The position numbers were made by a program, and so were the translations under genes. The notes below the pieces were generated by a model. That model worked only from the letters and a program-made list of their open reading frames with translations, ran no database searches and was not told the DNA's origin. Below, one piece after another: positions 33,895 to 36,371 of a DNA stretch of 36,371 nucleotides. Origin of the DNA: Christensenella sp. UBA1214 (GTDB taxonomy: Bacteria; Bacillota; Clostridia; Christensenellales; CAG-138); the NCBI GenBank assembly GCA_002309375.1, contig DBXK01000016.1, forward strand, positions 622-36,992, given 5' to 3'. The first letter of the stretch is position 1. Each line of letters starts with the position of its first letter.

Positions 33895-34626
33895 TCATTT
33901 ATCGTTAATGCCTGAAGCGCTGTCAACGCCGCTCAGCAGTTCGAGCGTCGCTTTTGCCGCATTCTGGCCCGCTTCCTGTTTCGTGGAGCCTTCGCCGAAG
34001 CCGTAAACGACGCCGCCGATACTGACCTGCATCGTGAATACGCGCTTATGATCGGGACCGCTGATCCCGATCACGGTGTAATCGAGTTCGCCGCAGTGGC
34101 GATGCTGAACATACTCCTGAAGAAGGGTCTTGTAGTCCTTTGCGGAAAGCGATTTGATCGCTTCATTAATGCTGACTTCGATGAAGCTTTGGATAAAAGG
34201 CTTCGCGGCGTCGATCCCGCCGTCAAGGAAAAGAGCTCCGATCACTGCTTCAACGGCGTCGGAAAGGATCGAAGGCTTGTCGCGGCCGCCGGTGTTTTCT
34301 TCGCCGTGGCTGAGGCGGAGATACTTGCCGAGATCGAGCTCTTTGGCAACGCGGTAGAGCGCGGGTTCGTAAACGGCCCGCGAACGCGTTCTTGTCATCA
34401 TCCCTTCATTCATTTGGGGAAAATTGAGATAGAGATATTCGCTTGAGCAAAGCTCAAGTACAGCATCGCCGAGGAATTCCATCCTCTCATTATGCATGCT
34501 TGCCCGATTTTCACCTTTGACAAAGGAAGAGTGGGTGAGAGCGGTGTTCAAAAGGGCGGGTTCGGTGAAGCTGTAATTGAGCTTTGCCATCAATTCGTTA
34601 AGTTCCTGGATTCGTTTCTCGTTCAT
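33895..34626 (-). CDS. rnc: Ribonuclease III
   Basis: ALTHSS, NERMEFLGDAVL, DAVEAVIGA, dsRBD KDYKTLLQE...GPDH...K.EA.Q.AA. Confidence 0.97.
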   Translation of the reverse strand: MNEKRIQELNELMAKLNYSFTEPALLNTALTHSSFVKGENRASMHNERMEFLGDAVLELCSSEYLYLNFPQMNEGMMTRTRSRAVYEPALYRVAKELDLGKYLRLSHGEENTGGRDKPSILSDAVEAVIGALFLDGGIDAAKPFIQSFIEVSINEAIKSLSAKDYKTLLQEYVQHRHCGELDYTVIGISGPDHKRVFTMQVSIGGVVYGFGEGSTKQEAGQNAAKATLELLSGVDSASGINDK

Positions 34627-34653
34627 GGTCTAAACTTACTGACGGCAAATACG

Positions 34654-34694
34654 ATAAAGACCCACACCGAAATCAACGGAGTTCGATGTGGGTC
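34654..34694 (-). terminator. 13-bp stem-loop between acpP and rnc (attenuating terminator or processing site)
   Basis: Minus strand GACCCACATCGAA-N10-TTCGGTGTGGGTC followed by TTTAT. Confidence 0.6.
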
Positions 34695-34706
34695 ACAGAG
34701 CCGGAA

Positions 34707-34928
34707 TTATTTGTTCTCTACGAATTTGACGATGTCGCCGACGGATTTGATCGTGGGCAGAACATTGTCGGGGATCTCGATCCCGTAGCGCTCTTCAAGG
34801 CCCATAACGAGCTCATAAAGGTCGATCGAGTCTGCTTTAAGGTCGTCGATCAGGCGGGATTCAAGGGTGATCTTCTCAGCGGGGATATTAAGCTGTTCTG
34901 CAATTGCATTGCGGATCTCTTCAAACAT
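34707..34928 (-). CDS. acpP: Acyl carrier protein
   Basis: DDLKADSIDLYEL (phosphopantetheine Ser), EERYGIEIPD; ATG 34928 with SD GAAAGGAG. Confidence 0.93.
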   Translation of the reverse strand: MFEEIRNAIAEQLNIPAEKITLESRLIDDLKADSIDLYELVMGLEERYGIEIPDNVLPTIKSVGDIVKFVENK

Positions 34929-34993
34929 TTTAATAAAACTCCTTTCAGGAACTCTGCCGCAAAGCGGCGCGGGTAAAAACTTTACCAACGCAT

Positions 34994-35023
34994 ATTTTAC
35001 TATAAAAACCTCAGCCTTGTCAA
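34994..35023 (-). promoter_or_regulatory. Sigma-A promoter of acpP-rnc-smc-ftsY
   Basis: Minus strand TTGACA, 18 bp spacer, TAAAAT. Confidence 0.7.
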
Positions 35024-35110
35024 TGCTTAAGTTTTCTGATTAAATAACGCTTTCGAACCAAAAATGGTTGATTCATGGATTAATATACTTCAAAAACAGC
35101 TGTAAAGGCC

Positions 35111-35138
35111 TTGACATTGTCGGCGAATCTGTTATAAT
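35111..35138 (+). promoter_or_regulatory. Sigma-A promoter of ylxM-ffh
   Basis: TTGACA, 16 bp spacer, TATAAT with extended TG. Confidence 0.8.
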
Positions 35139-35183
35139 AACGGACTGTAAAGTCCGAAACCTTTACAGATCGGAGTGAGTACC

Positions 35184-35543
35184 GTGCAGGATCGAATCGA
35201 GCTTAGTCTTCTTGCCGATTATTACGGCGCATTCCTGACGGAAAACCAGCGCGAGCTTATCAAGCTCAGCTGCGACGAGGATCTCAGCCTTTCTGAGATC
35301 GCCGAGCAAAAGGGCATTTCCCGCCAGGCTGTGCGCGACGCGATAACACGCGGAAGCAAGATCCTGACCGAAATGGAAAACAAGCTCGGTCTTGCCGCAA
35401 GGGACAGAAAAGCCGCTTCGCTGATCAACGGTATTCGCTGCGCGCTTGAAAGCGGGGAAGACGATGCTTCCGAAAGCATCGCTTCCATCAAGCCGCTGCT
35501 CAAGGAACTTTCGGAAATCTTGGAGGGTAAAGATGGCGTTTGA
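35184..35543 (+). CDS. ylxM: YlxM (UPF0122) SRP-associated HTH protein
   Basis: LLADYYGAFLTENQ, DLSLSEIAE...ISRQAVRD, MENKLGL; GTG 35184 preferred because of SD GGAG at 35172-35175. Confidence 0.92.
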   Translation: MQDRIELSLLADYYGAFLTENQRELIKLSCDEDLSLSEIAEQKGISRQAVRDAITRGSKILTEMENKLGLAARDRKAASLINGIRCALESGEDDASESIASIKPLLKELSEILEGKDGV

Positions 35544-36371
35544 GGGTCTTTCTTCAAAGCTTCAGAATATTTTCAAAAAGCTCGGAAACCGCGGAAAGCT
35601 GACCGAGAAAGAAGTCAAGGAAGCGATGCGCGAAGTCAAGCTCGCTCTGCTTGAAGCGGACGTCAACTTCACCGTCGTCAAATCCTTCATCAGCAGCGTG
35701 TCGGCAAGGTGCGTCGGAACGGAAGTCCTCGAGAGCCTGACGCCTTCCCAGCAGATCATTAAGATCGTTGACGAAGAGCTGACGACTCTGATGGGCGGCT
35801 CCGTTTCGAAGATCGACTTCGGCCCCAAGAAGCCTTCCGTGATCCTGCTTGCCGGTCTTCAGGGCGCCGGTAAAACGACGATGGCCGGTAAGCTTGCCGC
35901 CTATCTCGAAAAGACGCAGGGCAAAAAGTGCCTGCTCGTCGCCTGCGATATCTATCGTCCCGCCGCTATCACTCAGCTGCAGGTCGTCGGCGAAAAGGTC
36001 AATGTTCCCGTGTTCGAACGCGGGACCCAGGACCCGGTCAAGACCGTTAAAGAAGCGATCGCGCAGGCCGAACATGATCTTCGCGACGTTGTGATCGTCG
36101 ATACCGCAGGCCGTCTTCATATCGACGAAGGCATGATGGACGAGATCGCGGCGATCAAGGAATTCGCCAAGCCCGCCGAAACTCTGCTCGTTGTCGATGC
36201 GATGACCGGTCAGGACGCCGTCAATGTCGCAGCGGCATTCAACGAAAAGCTCGGTCTCACCGGCGTCATCCTCACAAAGCTCGACGGCGATACCCGCGGC
36301 GGCGCGGCGCTCTCCGTCCGCCAGGTCACCGGCAAACCGATCAAATTCAGCGGTATCGGCGAAAAGCTGAC
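35533..36371 (+). CDS. ffh: Signal recognition particle protein Ffh (3'-partial, runs off the window; absent from the ORF track)
   Basis: Hand translation: MAFEGLSSKLQ...ALLEADVNF...GLQGAGKTT...DTAGR...DAMTGQDA...TKLDGDTRGG; SD GGAGG. Confidence 0.97.
   Translation, partial: MAFEGLSSKLQNIFKKLGNRGKLTEKEVKEAMREVKLALLEADVNFTVVKSFISSVSARCVGTEVLESLTPSQQIIKIVDEELTTLMGGSVSKIDFGPKKPSVILLAGLQGAGKTTMAGKLAAYLEKTQGKKCLLVACDIYRPAAITQLQVVGEKVNVPVFERGTQDPVKTVKEAIAQAEHDLRDVVIVDTAGRLHIDEGMMDEIAAIKEFAKPAETLLVVDAMTGQDAVNVAAAFNEKLGLTGVILTKLDGDTRGGAALSVRQVTGKPIKFSGIGEKL

Noticed and set aside
29060-35110. Inverted block as a recombinase-driven invertible switch
   Set aside because: No inverted repeats at the junctions and no recombinase. 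The shared CTCCTTTC (29061 and 34939) is an 8-bp direct repeat, and the second copy is simply the acpP SD.

Overview
A 36.4-kb, mostly core-genome window from a Clostridia-class Bacillota with roughly mid-50s % GC by eye. Taxonomy is inferred from gene content (ylbJ, ricT, tmcAL, ylxM, glnS, long-form hflX) and sigma-A-type promoters. Gene order: GDPD; a 1145-aa secreted multidomain protein; PrsA-like lipoprotein-rqcP-ispDF; a minus-strand block hflX-tmk-pfk-glnS-membrane protein-holB-ricT; DUF885 lipoprotein; recX-birA-nnr-amidohydrolase-5-formyl-THF cyclo-ligase; rsmD-coaD-coiled-coil protein; tmcAL-ylbJ (minus); ackA; yceD-rpmF; acpP-rnc-smc-ftsY (minus); ylxM-ffh (ffh runs off the right edge). 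I see no rRNA, tRNA, CRISPR, IS, integrase or RT. Best leads: (1) a 10-bp palindrome that appears to serve as the tmcAL terminator, a sigma-E -10 element and the start of a leaderless ylbJ; (2) HflX with an N-terminal domain carrying an intact JAMM/JAB motif; (3) a putative clan-CD (His-Gly...Cys) secreted peptidase with three homologous binding modules, behind a strongly structured 5' leader; (4) acpP-rnc-smc-ftsY inverted relative to the canonical order, with plsX absent from the locus; (5) operator-like palindromes at ylxM and yceD. All family calls come from motif recognition by eye; no searches were run.
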